DNA of 64,000 nt, taken from assembly GCA_051313645.2 (NCBI GenBank), contig JBNRSN020000024.1, positions 36,332,001 to 36,396,000 of the forward strand. The letters are read 5' to 3'. Numbering within the stretch: the stretch's first letter is position 1; each line of letters starts with the position of its first letter. Source of the DNA: Centroscyllium fabricii. Its lineage: Eukaryota. This document shows, piece after piece, positions 37,261 to 49,791 of this stretch. The notes under the pieces were generated by a model. It had not been told where the DNA came from. It worked only from the letters and a program-made list of their open reading frames with translations, and ran no database searches. Both the position numbers and the translations under genes were made by a program.

Positions 37261-38954
37261 CACTTGTGCCATTTGCCACATTATACAGACTTTAGTTCAC
37301 TACCTTATGCAGTACCTTTGTCCATTTCCCATTGGAAAGGAGGCAACAACACGAGAGGGTGAAGCGCCTTATCAGGTGGCAGGCTTCCCTGAAGTGTAAG
37401 ATCTCAATTGATGGTACAATTCCAACCATCAAGGTCTTCAATAACAATCTTCCAGCTTAATGCAGGTGAATGCGCTATATCCAGCAACAGTCAGGATGAC
37501 TTACCTTTGCCGCAGTCCACTTGGCAGCACTATTTCAAGCGGCAGACAGACTGGGCAAATTGCTGCAAGGAGGCTAAGCCGAGCCTACCCGCTGGAGCCC
37601 TGGTCACTGAGGCGCCGAGGCCAGCCGAAAGTACAGTGACTCCATCTGAATAGTGATGGAATATACAGGCAGTATGTTGAAATGCATTGGCGATGCTTTG
37701 TATGTCAACGGCAAAATATAAATCGGCTGGGATGCAGCTTTAAAGTTCTGAGAAGGTCCTGAAAATGACCTGTAATTACTGTGCCTTGTATAATTTGGCA
37801 ATTCATTCAGCTGAGGGTCAGCCTGGGCTCTTGCCAGAGGAGAAGGAAGAGGAGGATTGTGAAATAACCGAGGCTGACGTGCAGCCAGGAAAACTGGTGC
37901 ATCAATCATTGCGTGACAGAACTTCCCAGTAAAAGTACACTGCGACCCTGCACTAACGGTCCTCGCACCCTCGCTATACTATAGGAGCCCTATTAACAAC
38001 ATTCTGGGCCCAATCACTTTTGCTGCTATCCCTGTCTGCTTCGCCCCAACTGCAACATTCATATGACCCCTGCTGACAAATCTGCCCAGTATAATCCAAA
38101 GAAAGTGCAACCAGTATACTTTCCTACTCAAGTTTTGTGTCTTGCTTCAATGTGTATTTCCCTAGTGCTTGTCCTTGGTGAGAATGTAGGGTGGGTGGTA
38201 TTTCCTACCTAATCTTATGCTCTTTCCAAGTGCCACATCACTGAGGGGAGTGAGTATGGTGCCAGGCTGCTCCCAACGGGGACCTGGGGGCAGCGATTCT
38301 CTCTGTTAGATCACCAAATAACCTGTAACTACTGCCGGCACTTTGGTGTTTGTGCTGGATGGGTGCTTCTGTCCATGGCCTTCGTCTTCTGCAGTCCTCT
38401 GAGGAGGCCAGCTGGGTTAGGAAGATGGATAATCAGCCAGAGAGGTAAATGCCTTGTGTGCTTCTTGTCGCTAAGCCCCAGCTGTTGGGTGGCCCTTGCA
38501 AATGATCAAGGATCAGCGTGGGGACAGATCCTTGGCCACTCACTCAGGAGTGTCAAGTCTACCAGCAAGGTCCTCTCCAGCTGATCCCCCCCGCGGCAAG
38601 AATTGAGAGGCTCCAGCAAAATGCAGCTAAAGGTTTCAGCAGCAGTAGATACAATGTTGTCCAGCAGGCCTCTCTGCAGATCACCCACCGAGAGTGACGA
38701 TTCGTTCCATGATGGTGGTCTGCAGGTTTCTAAAACCCCCTCACGTATCTATATAGATGTCAGAATAACACCATCATATATTCTCCTCCATTCCATGTAA
38801 GGGGTGCTGAAGATTCTCAATGGACTACATGAAGCACTTATGCTGATTAAGTTCAGCTTTGTTTGCAGACCTGTTTGGACCCACAGCCGATGCCGATCTG
38901 GGTCTAGCCCTTCTTGTTGCTGCTCATCTGCTGCCTTTAGACGTTCGCCTTGGA

Positions 38955-39325
38955 TCAGTAGTTGCAATCTCACCTCCGAGTCAGAAGGTTGTGGGTTTGA
39001 ACCCCACTCTAGGACTTGAGTATATAACCTAAGTTGACACAAAGGTAGTACTAAAGGGATGCTGCATTGTGGTGCCATCTTTTGGATGAGATATTAAACA
39101 GGTAGATGTAAAAGATCCCACGACACTACTTGTCTCGCAACCAACATCAAAAATAGATTAACTAGTTATTCATCTTATTGCTGTTTGTTGCACCTGGTGT
39201 AAATTGACTGCCTTGTTTGCCTACATAACAATAATGATACACTTCAGAAGAAATTCATTGGCCACAAAGTGCTTTGGGATGTTCTAAGGATGTGAAAAGT
39301 GCTATATAAATGCAAGTTTGTTCTT
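38955..39325 (+). mobile_element. DeuSINE/SacSINE1-like SINE with L2-type tail
   Basis: GAGTCAGAAGGTTGTGGGTTTGAACCCCACTC head and GTGCTATATAAATGCAAGTT tail; second copy at 52030-52475. Confidence 0.7.
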
Positions 39326-40129
39326 TATTTGTCCAATTGCCCCTTCTCATTGATGCTAGGTGCTTCCCGATGAGCTCCCTCAGGACCCTGTCTGACTTCC
39401 TTGAAGTGGGTGTTTCTGTGCTGGTGCCTGTGTGTTGGCGTGCTTGACAGGTGCTCATGTGATGGGCTTGCTCCCTGGTATTAGTTGTATCATCTTTGAA
39501 GCCCTCTACCAAAAGAAAAAAGATTTGTATTTGCATGAGATGTGCAGCAAAAGGCGATGCACACAGTGCCATTCTGCTCAGGGGGGGGGGGGGGGGTTAT
39601 CTATGTGACTTGCCAGACGAGTTTGAAGAGCTGGCAAGAAAAACTTGAAAGTGCTTACCTTGTTGGGCTACCACATAGTCACTAAGCTTTCCTTCTGTGG
39701 GCTCCACCCTCCAATAATTTGGAGGGCAGGGTCCTTATGGTGAATGAGGTAGCCTGGTGGATAGTCAGCCACCAGAGTGACTCTCTAGTCATGGACAAAC
39801 TTCTTCAAAAATAGATGGTTTCAGCATAAGGACATAAAATGAGGAACATCCAAAAGATCTACCTCCATTCACTTGGTATGAAAGGACAACGTTAGAGCAC
39901 CCAAGTAGTTTTACGAGCCCTACGAACTTGATGGCAAAACATGCAACAGTGTATGAGTCAAAGGAGGCCTTTCCCTTTGGCAGCCAGCAAGCTGCAGTTT
40001 TACAGATCTGGTAGTTACAGAATTGTAAGATATGAGGGGTGGGGCAAATGTGTTTTGCCTGCTGCATTTTTGGGCTTATTGTTTTGTGACATTTCTTTCC
40101 CATGAACTGGCACGTTTTAGTCAACCCTG

Positions 40130-40330
40130 ACGTGGCACTCTTCCAAAGTCCAGAATGCTTCTTCTCATTTGATCCCATGACCCAGTGGGAAACTGCATTC
40201 CATCAGGTGGCCACTTCCTGTCATGCTTGCTGGGCACTGGTTCAGTTGGGAACATTCCACTCCGCTCCAACACTGACTATCATCTTCTGCACATTGTGCA
40301 GCAACACATTCAGCCTCTCTTTGTAGGAAG
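40130..40330 (-). pseudogene. Possible Myb/SANT (Harbinger ORF) remnant
   Basis: Broken minus-strand frames give ERLNVLLHNV, QEVAT..NAVS and WDQMRRSILDF. Confidence 0.4.
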
Positions 40331-42896
40331 TGGCACTCCTACTACTTGCTCCTGCCATCATCACAACAGATTAACTTGCCATTCACCTTATTTTGTGGGA
40401 CCATGAACATTGAACAGCAGCAGCCCTTTAAGCGATGCTGCACTCTTTATTTCCTGTCCACCTGTTGCTGTGGTATTCCATGTGCATAAGGAAAACATGT
40501 AGGAAGCATATTTAAATTAGGTGACGTCAGTGACTCAAACAGGGCTGCAGACCACTCGAGCACATGCAATTGCCACGAGCACAGGTGCATTTTCTCTGAC
40601 CATGGAATTGGCCTGGAGCGGGAAGCTGTTGCGTGATGTACATCGGTTATACAGTGAACCTTTGGCTTATTGGCAGCATTCCCACCCGAGTCAGAAGGTG
40701 CAGGATTTGAACCCCACTCCAGACAATCCCAGGGAGTGGAGTCTGTAGCTCCGGCTCTGAATTCTCGGTTGGCATCGCAGTGGATACTCGCGTCCAGTGG
40801 GTGCCCCCCACTCCCGCCTCCCCCAAATCACATGGGTTGTGGGAACCCATGGATCCCTCCCGCAGTATAGGACCAAAGCACCCGATCGGTTGGTAGAAAG
40901 ATAGCGGCGGCTATGGAAGGAGCATTCATTTCATGGCCTATCAGACTGTTAATGAGACTAAATCCTTCCACTACTTCACACTATTCTCCAAGGGAATATG
41001 AAAACAACATCACAGTGAGCCAGTGAAGGGCTATTAACAGAACAAGTGTGACTGCCGCTTCTTTATTCAGTGCTTATGGGCCTACTCTCTGATTCCAGCC
41101 TTTTCTGTATTTATGTTCACTTCTTTCCAGTTTTCCAAGTACCTGCTTATTAATTCAACTCTTTTCCTTCCAGTTTCCCTCTTTGTTTTGTTCCCATTCC
41201 ATTAAATAGCCTATCTTAGCAAACAGATCAACAGAAGGACCTGCTGTGTCATTGCAGCATTTTCTGTTTTTGTCCTGAATAAAATGTGTTGTGTCTTTAT
41301 GGTGTCACACGCAAATGCTTCAGTGTTATTTTAGCAAGCAGATGTCATGACATCACAAACCTAACCTTTACCGTAGCCCCCTTTAACCCACAACACGGCA
41401 CAAAGCCTCCTGGGGAAATTGCTTAACCTTTGAAGACGGTGAAATGTTCCCAAGAGCTTCTTAAACAGTTAATACATATTACAGCTGATTCTGCACTCCC
41501 AGCACCTGAAGAGAGTGCAGGTTGAAATCAGGACAATAACACTGTAGCCCCAACTCTGCACTGCCTGAGGGTGGCTACTGAGAGCATGGATTGGCCCCAT
41601 TGTGTGAAGTCAGGACCAAGCCAACTGTTTTTAGGTTTGAGCTCCTCAGCTGCCTGCAGATTAAAAGTATTTGTTGGTATGATAATGCAGGCAGAGTGGC
41701 CTCCCCTCAACCACCTTCCCTGCAGCCCTTGAGTAAAAGTGTTTTGGAAAGTACACTGCCATTCTCTTCACTACTAATTGCTGTAACTGTCCCTGCATCG
41801 TTGCAGCCAGCAGAAAGCTCGGTCTATCAACCTGTTTCAGTGATAAAGCAATAGCACAATCTCTTGGACCAAAGCAATCAGCTTTTGTACAGTAATCTGC
41901 AGTATTTAGTATCATCAATGATTGAGTCACTTACCCCTGCCTTTGCTGAGACAACCAAGCCAAGCCCAATCCTGCCCTCGTCTCAATACCAACGTGCACT
42001 TTCTACAAGGGGTTCAGTGGACTGTGATCAGAACCAGGGACCTTGGTTAATCTTTCTCCTCTAACTCGGGAGCTGTGTCCCTTCCTACCACCACCACCTC
42101 CTTGCCACGACTATGCATTTTCTTGGAAAATTAGCCCTACATTTCTGAGGAACAAGCCTCCCATTGGATATCTATCTGCTCTTCCTGATAACTGCAGGGT
42201 TAAATATCACACTGTGCAGGGATGACATTAAGGGGAAGATTTCCTGTGCATCATCGTAAACTCAATGATTTGATTGTATAAAGCACACAGAACAACTCTA
42301 AATGAGGTCAGGGAAGTGGATGGAGCTTTAGACCAGAGTGCTGGTTTCAGTTCAAGGTGAATAAGATCCCAAGTCTGGACCAGGGTCCATGTGAAGTCTT
42401 TCGGGCTACTTCTGATCACATTAACAGATCCTGTCTCAATGAGTTTCTGCCAAACAGGTTGGTGATTGAATGTGTTTCTAGAAACCATTCAGGATGTCTC
42501 CTAGCAGAGTACGTAGAGTAGCAGATGATGGAGCGGATATGAAGGTGTGTACGTCCCAGTTTCTTTCCACCTCCCCCTACTGCAGGGTAACAATACTTCA
42601 AGAAAACCACAGCGGGAAAGTGAGAATCCAAGACTACCGATTAAAAATTCTTGGTCAGGAAGCCACTGGATTCTGTCATTTCATCCACATCGCCCAAGCA
42701 CAGCGAACAGATCTGGCTCACTGGTTAATCACTTTTTTTTAATTGCCTATTGCCCTGACTTAGCACCCTGCGTTGCTTGAAGGCCTTATTGTACGTCTCA
42801 GGCCCATGTTCTGTGCCAATTATCTGGTGTTTGGTATTTTAGCTGCTTATGAATGTACATGAGAAAGTCACCAGCCTGTGACTGAGCAGACATGAA

Positions 42897-43005
42897 GCCT
42901 GGCTCAGCTCAGCTCCTATCTGCCCCACATGTACAGCACAAACTGTAGCCAGGCTCAGCTCAGCTCCGGTCTGCCCCCCATGTATAGCACAAACTGATGC
43001 CTGGG
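42897..43005. repeat. 51-bp tandem duplication
   Basis: GGCTCAGCTCAGCTCC at 42901 and 42952. Confidence 0.8.
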
Positions 43006-44044
43006 CTTGTGAACCTGCTGCATCTGCCAGTTAACAAATTGTTTGCACGTTAGCCTAAGAAAAGCAATGTTTTGTCTTGTGTCTGTGATTAGTTTGGTTT
43101 TGGCTTATCTGTCTCAAAATAAATGTGATGTCCAAACTCTGTACTTTGAAAAGTAAAAGCCTGGATGAGAATGTTCCTTAGAAATTGGGAGTTTCAATCT
43201 GCACCCATTACACTTTCTAAACACGTCTCTGATTCTGACATTTGATAAAATATGCACTGGAGAAGCCCTTAAACATTCTTTCATCTGCGCCTATATCAGA
43301 GCTGGAGATAAAAGCAACTCCGTGCTTGCAACATTTGCAGTCTTTTTATTATTTTAATCAAAATGTTAAATTGGCACAAGCACAGGATGGGCTGAACTAG
43401 AACCTGCCCCGCCCCCCCTCCACCCCCCCCCCCCCCCCCCCCAAAGTGAAAAGCACAAGTGTGTGTGGAGAATGCCACAGGGCAGTTTGTGGAAGCAAAA
43501 TGTTCAAGATTGGATCAGTGAATAAAATCAGCTGGCAGGCCTTACTGCTCTGACCCTCAGTGACTCTGCTGCTCTCAGTTACTCTGTCCTCCATTGCGTC
43601 ACTCCTCTCTGACCCCGGTTATTCTGCTCTCTGTTGCTCTTCCCCCCGCTGCTTCCATTATTACTCCCTCTGATCATTCTTCCCTAGCCCCCTCTGTGAC
43701 CTTTCTCTTCTGTTACTCACAGTTTACAGCTGTGGCTTCTGCTGTCATTTAAGAAACTGGTGACCACGGTTAAGTGTTATCTCACTTTCTCACTGACTTC
43801 ACTCCAGTGAAACCATCTGGCTGGTAATGCTGTGACTAACAGTCTGTTCCTTAAAACCTAACAGTTGAAAGCAGTACTTCAAAAAAAGATAACAGCTAAG
43901 AGTCACGCTCCAATTCACTGCCAGATGTGGATGGGTTCAGACAAGAGCAGATGTGCAAGCATCCCATCCCCTGCTGCTGCTCTGGGCTGTGCCAACTGAG
44001 GAAAGACAACCCCAGGGCTCAAGGTAGCTGCATCATGAGCAGGG

Positions 44045-44775
44045 ACAGAGCGGCTGGGTTAGGTGCCCATGGTAGGAGGGAGAGGTAGGGTTAGGTGCCC
44101 GCTTTGGGTAGGGACAGTTGGTTTAGGAGCCCACTGCGTGAGAGAGCGGTAGGGCCCAGAGCTCACTACAGAGGGTGTGGTAGGTTTAGGATCCCACAGT
44201 GGGAGGGAGCGGTAGGGCTAGGTGCCCACTGTGGGAGGGAGAGGTAGAGTTAGGATCCCACTGTGGGAGGGAGCGGTAGAGTTAGGTGCCCACTGTGGGA
44301 GGGAGAGGGCGAGTTAGGTGCCCACAGTGGGAGGGAGATGTAGGGTTAGGTGCTCACAGTGGGAGGGAGAGGTAGAGTTAGGTGCCCACAGTGGGAGGGA
44401 GGGGTAGGGTTAGGTGCCCATAGTGGGAGGGAGGGGTAGGGTTAGGTGCTCACAGTGGGAGGGAGATGTAGGGTTAGGTGCCCATAGTGGGAGGGAGGGG
44501 TAGGGTTAGGTGCTCACAGTGGGAGGGAGATGTAGGGTTAGGTGCCCATAGTGGGAGGGAGGGGTAGGGTTAGGTGCTCACAGTGGGAGGGAGTGGTAGG
44601 GTTAGGTGCCCACAGTGGGAGGGAGGGGTAGGGTTAGGTGCCCACAGTGGGAGGGAGAGGTAGGGTTAGGTGCCCACAGTGGGAGGGAGAGGTATGGTTA
44701 GGTACCCACAGTGGGAGGGAGAGGTAGGGTTAGGTGCCCACAGTGGGAGGGAGGGGTAGGGTTAGGTGCACACGG
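44045..44775. repeat. 32-bp G-rich minisatellite, about 20 copies
   Basis: GTAGGGTTAGGTGCCCACAGTGGGAGGGAGAG; TAGGTG at 44347 and 44379. Confidence 0.95.
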
Positions 44776-46259
44776 GGAAGGAGCAGCTGGATTTGGAGCA
44801 TTCAAAATTATTTTTTTAATTTGACTCTTATTTAAAATGCCATGACTGAAACAATCAGATTTACCCTGTCTTTTGGGCTCTGGCATGTGAAGGAGCTGAG
44901 AGGAACCTGCAATTAGATATGCATAATAGACTGTCGCTGCACGGTCCAAGATCTTACCTGCAAGCATGGAACTGAACACCAAGTCGCCCCGTTCTGAATG
45001 TGATCCTAGCATTTACACACAGAATTACATAGAATGTACAGCACAGAAACAAGCCATTCAAACCAGCTCGCCCATGCCAGTGTTTAAGCTTCTGACGAGC
45101 TTCCTCCCACAGTACTTCGTCTAACCCTATCAATATATCCTTCAAAAGCATAAAAACCTCTAGTTTTCAAAGAGCTGAGCTCAGATGCAGTTACCCTTAC
45201 TCCCTCGCCTCCCTGGAGAGAGCTGACTTATACAAGTTCCATGGGGACCTGCTGCCCCCTCGTATGTCACTCAAGGAGCCATTCTTCACGTGAGCCTAAA
45301 CAGTGAGTGTTAGCGGGTTGTTCAGTTGTGAAGAGCGTCAGAGGCAAGCCCATTCGTCTCCTCCGCTCTTCTTCAGCGACCAGCTAACTTCGAGCAGGCC
45401 AAGGGGTGAAACGTCAGACTTTCCTGGTCTACCTTGCTCAGTACCATTCATCCAGGGGTCTGGGATGAGAGCTTTAGATCACTTTTCAATGAGGGTTACC
45501 CAGAGCTAATATCCAAGTGTTCAATATCAATTAGTGTTGTGTATTAAATTAATGACTAGTTTTCATCAGTTGTCACTTCTGTTTCGGTGTTCTCCAAGCT
45601 GCACAACTAATGTTATTTAAATGTAAAAATAGATTGAAGATGATTATTGATCATTGGGGTGTTCGAGTTAGTCACTTGCTGTGTAATGGCGAATCCCGCA
45701 TGTGATTCAATCTGTCCCTGCTACTTTCTCCTTAAAAGGAGAATGATCAGAAGCGCAGATTTCAAAACACTTTTACCTACTTAAAAAAAGTCTTCCTTCT
45801 CATTTTAAAACAAATGCTAAATCTTTTGGTGCCGAAGGACCGTGTCCCTGTTGTCTACCTGCAGGTGCAGTGCCAGGGAGTTCCACATAGTGCTAACTTT
45901 TACCACAGAGAAATATGTGACCGCATGCTCCTAAATAGTCCGTGGCAGACATCCACAGACAAGTGCCCAAAGATGGAAGGACGGTGCTGCTGGATGAAAC
46001 ATACCTTGTTCTCTAAGCTATAACTTATATCAAGGAAGTGCAGCTGTGGTCACCTGATGAATAATTGGATAGCAAAGACCAGGAGAGCCGGGCACAGCTA
46101 TCTGTACATTACAGCCCTCATCGGGACTTCTTGCAGTTTACACAGTACACAGCTTACTGTACAATAGCAAAATACTGCAGATGCTGGAAATCCAAAATAA
46201 CAACAGAAAATGCTGGAAAAACTCAGCAGGCCAGGCAACATCCGTGGAGAGAAATATAG

Positions 46260-46295
46260 AGTTGACGTTTCGGGTTCAGACCCTTTATCAAAACT
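46260..46295 (-). ncRNA. Minimal hammerhead-like motif (variant core)
   Basis: Minus strand AGTT-TTGATAA-AGGGTCTGAACCC-GAAA-CG-TC-AACT. Confidence 0.6.
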
Positions 46296-47203
46296 AAAGC
46301 TGGGGAATGAAACACAAGCAGGACGGCGGGGGGGGGGGGGGGGAGGTGGGAGGGAACAAGGAGAAGAGAGCACAAAGAGAAAAGACTTTGCGAGGTATTC
46401 AAAATGAGAGGAGCTGCTGTGGACAGGAGACAGCTGTAGATTAGATGTGAAAAAATCTGGCAGAACGGGAGGTGGCTGCCACGATAGAGAAAAGAAAGGC
46501 CAAATAAAAGGTGTGGATAAAAGGAGGTAAAAATATAATGGGGGCCGGAGTTATGATCTGAAATTGTTGAACTCGATATTGAGTCTGGAGGGCTGTAAAG
46601 TGCCTAATTGGAAGATGAGGTGTTGTTCCTCGAGTTTACGTTGAGCTTCTGAGGAACAATGTAATAGGCCAAGGACAGAGCAATCAGAGTGGGAATGAAG
46701 CGGAGAATTAAAGTGACAGGTGACCGGGAGCTCGGGGTCCCCCTTTGCGGATCACCTCCATTCAGTCCGTAAGGGGGACCCTGAGCTCCCGGTCGCCTGT
46801 CACTTTAATTCTCCGATTCACTCCCACTTTGATCTCTCTGTCCTTGGCCTATTACATTGCTTCTCGGAAGCTCAACGTAAACTCGAGGAACAACACCTCA
46901 TCTTCCGATTAGGCATTTTACAGCCCCCCGGACTCAATATCGAGTTCAACAATTTCAGATTATAACTCCGGCCCCCGTCATATTTTTACCTATTTTTATC
47001 CACACCTTTTATTTGGTCTTTCTTTTCTCTATCGTGGCAGCCACCTCCTGTTCTGCCAGAGTTTTTCACACCTAATCAACAACTGTCCACAGCATCTCAT
47101 CTCATTTTGAAAACCTCTCAAAGTCTTTTCTCTTTGTGCTGTCTTCTCTTTGTTCCCCTCCCCCCTCCCCCCTGCCTTCCTGCTTGTTTCATTCCCCAGC
47201 TTC

Positions 47204-47239
47204 AGTCTTGATAAAAGGTCCCAGCCCGAAACGTCAACT
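47204..47239 (+). ncRNA. Minimal hammerhead-like motif (variant core, degenerate stems)
   Basis: AGTC-TTGATAA-AAGGTCCCAGCCC-GAAA-CG-TC-AACT. Confidence 0.5.
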
Positions 47240-49413
47240 CTATATTTCTCTCCACAGATGTTGCCTGGCCTGCTGAGTTTATCCAGCATTTTCTGTTGTT
47301 ATTTCACAGCTTACTGTGACTGACTGTAAGGCTCTCTAAAAACTTGAACTGCTACACTCCAACAACATAAAGCCCGGCCACCTCAACAGTTGGTTTGGGG
47401 GGGTGGGGGAGGGGTACAAGCTCACTTCCTATTGTAGAAATTAACAAAAAGCTTTCAGTAATTTAATATAATGCTCAAATCTCAATATCCAGTATGATCC
47501 AGCTAATTACCATTCAAATGAATTCCTGCCTCATTGAGAGGGCTCTCTATTTGGCAGGGATTCAGTGCAAAGGAACATATTCTGGGCAGAGTTCATTGCC
47601 AGGGAACTCACCCACTTCTAGCAGCACACCAGCCTGTAGATTGTTGTGAATAGAAGCTTACGGTAGAAGATGAATAATCAGTGGCCAAATTTTGCTGGGA
47701 CATTGAGACGGCACAGTATAGAGAAAGGAGTGAGCTCGGAGCACATGGCTGATACCCATGTTGTAGTGAATACCGTGCACAACATTATTTTTAAAAAAAC
47801 AAGAATTGTGTCTAATCACCACAAGATGAGGAAAGCAGCCATTATTTGGGTTAACAGTTTAGAGAAGAGAGCGATTACTTACCCTTTATCTTTCTTCTAA
47901 GGAAGTATCGGGCAAACAGCTCTGGAATGAGCCAGCACTAGAATATGCCTGGTGAAACGAAACGTCACATGAGGGAGATCTTACCTGTAGGAGGTTTGTG
48001 ATGCTCTGGCACTATAATATCTGAGGAGTCCAGCATGTGACCTCTTCCCCTCCAAACTTGATATGATGTAAGTTCTTCTCCTTTCGCATTTATTATTAAG
48101 GCAAGCCCCGCCCGATACTTCATTTTGCGATTTCTCAAATGAAGAAGGATGAAACAAAACGGCTTGCAAAGTCTGAGGGAAAGGTTGGGTGGGAGCTCCG
48201 TGTGTGGAGGGTGCTCTCTTGGAAGAAAGATGAAGACTCGACTAGTGGTAGATTATCACTCTTCAGTATGCATCCTCCACACATGCTGCTGGAGAACAAT
48301 CAATGGAGAGACCCTTGCAGGCAGAATGAAAGTGCCACTAAGGACAGAACATCCAAACAAACCAGCATCCATAGCAAGACCTGGGCGATCGTGTGATAAA
48401 TACATATTGGTTGCTCCATGTGGCCTCAGATAAACACCTTTAATGTCAGTTTGCTTCAGAGGCCTAAGATGTAGCCTTGAACCACATTGAGTAAGTCATT
48501 GCTGGCCTCAGTGGGCAACAATGAAGGACACATTCGACGAACAAGGAGGCAATCTGGTAACAGGTTTAACAGCATTTTAGGGATGTAGGAACAAAGAAAT
48601 GGCTCAACTTTCTGTTTGATGGACAAAATGTTAAGCCATGATGAACATTAAATAGGTTAGAACAAAATTCAAATCCCATATAGGAATTAACCGAGGGCAG
48701 TCTGGATATAAATACCCACTATGCCTCATAAAATGAGAAATTAATGGATGTTATCCTAACAAACCCAAAGCAGGCGATCGGAAAGCTGTTATACACACAT
48801 GAAGGCCCTGCTTTCACCTGAAGGTCAATTAACAATCTAAGGTATTCCAGAAATAAAGTCACCTCACGGGAGGGGGAGGCGTGTGTTCCAGATATCCCCA
48901 AAACCGTATCACTTAAGGTTGTAGGTAATGTAGGCTTATGGCTTGCATGAATCCAGAAGTGCATCAAGCACAAAAGGAGGAAGGCCCTGCTCTGGGAACT
49001 ATTCCCCTATCAACAGAAAAATCTGACCTGATACTTTGGAGCCAGGAGGTCGCTCCTGTCAGGCAGCAAGTTAAGTTCAATGCCTGGATGTCTGAGAACA
49101 CATTAACGAATAACTAGCCTAAATAAAAGAAGCAACAGCAGAAAAGTTGAGGGGTAAATAAAAATTGAAACGGTGCTGAATATCTATTTAGTGAACTGGA
49201 ATGTTTGGCCTAAGGATGGCAGAGATCAACTTGGGGACGAGCTGGCCATGTACAACATTTGAGGAGAAGCTTGTCTTGCAGAGCATGCGAGAGGGATCAG
49301 ACGGGGAGTGGACCCCTCGGATATCTTAGTGCCATCACAAACCTTTTAAAGAGGAAGCCTTGTAATTCTTTCTCCCCTGGGAAATGACCCAGTGCCAGCA
49401 ATATGTAGAGGAT

Positions 49414-49791
49414 TGAAACTTATAAAATTCTAACAGGACTGGACAGACTAGATGCAGGAAGGATGTTCCCGATGGTCGGGGAGTCCAGAACCAGGGGTCA
49501 CAGTCTAAGGATAAGGGGTAAACCATTTAGGACAGAAATGAGGAGGAATTTCTTCACCCAAAGAGTGGTGAACCTGTGGAATTCTTTACCACAGAAGGCA
49601 GTAGAGGCTAATTCATTAAATATATTCAAGAAGGAGTTGGATATATTTCTTAAGGCTGAAGGAATCAAGGGATATGGGGAGAAAGCAGGGACAGGGTATT
49701 GAATTTGGATGATCAGCCATGATTGCACTGAATGGCGGAGCAGGCTCGAGGGGCCGAATGGCCTATTCCTGCTCCTATCTTCTATGTTTCT
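49414..49791 (+). mobile_element. 5'-truncated CR1 3' end
   Basis: RTRGHSLRIRGKPFRTEMRRNFFTQRVVNLWNSLP; TSD AGGAT. Confidence 0.92.

Larger units (their letters stand above)
46161..47304. mobile_element. Penelope-like element 3' region as an inverted pair
   Basis: Arms of about 550 bp; frame FADHLHSVRKGDPELPVACHFNS..RKLEEQHLIFRLG..P.GLNIEF (C-terminus of the PLE GIY-YIG domain); 13-bp TSD CACAGCTTACTGT. Confidence 0.9.

Noticed and set aside
48650-49400. Possible L1-like ORF2 C-terminal remnant on the minus strand
   Set aside because: Only a faint HFW-type motif; too degraded to support by eye
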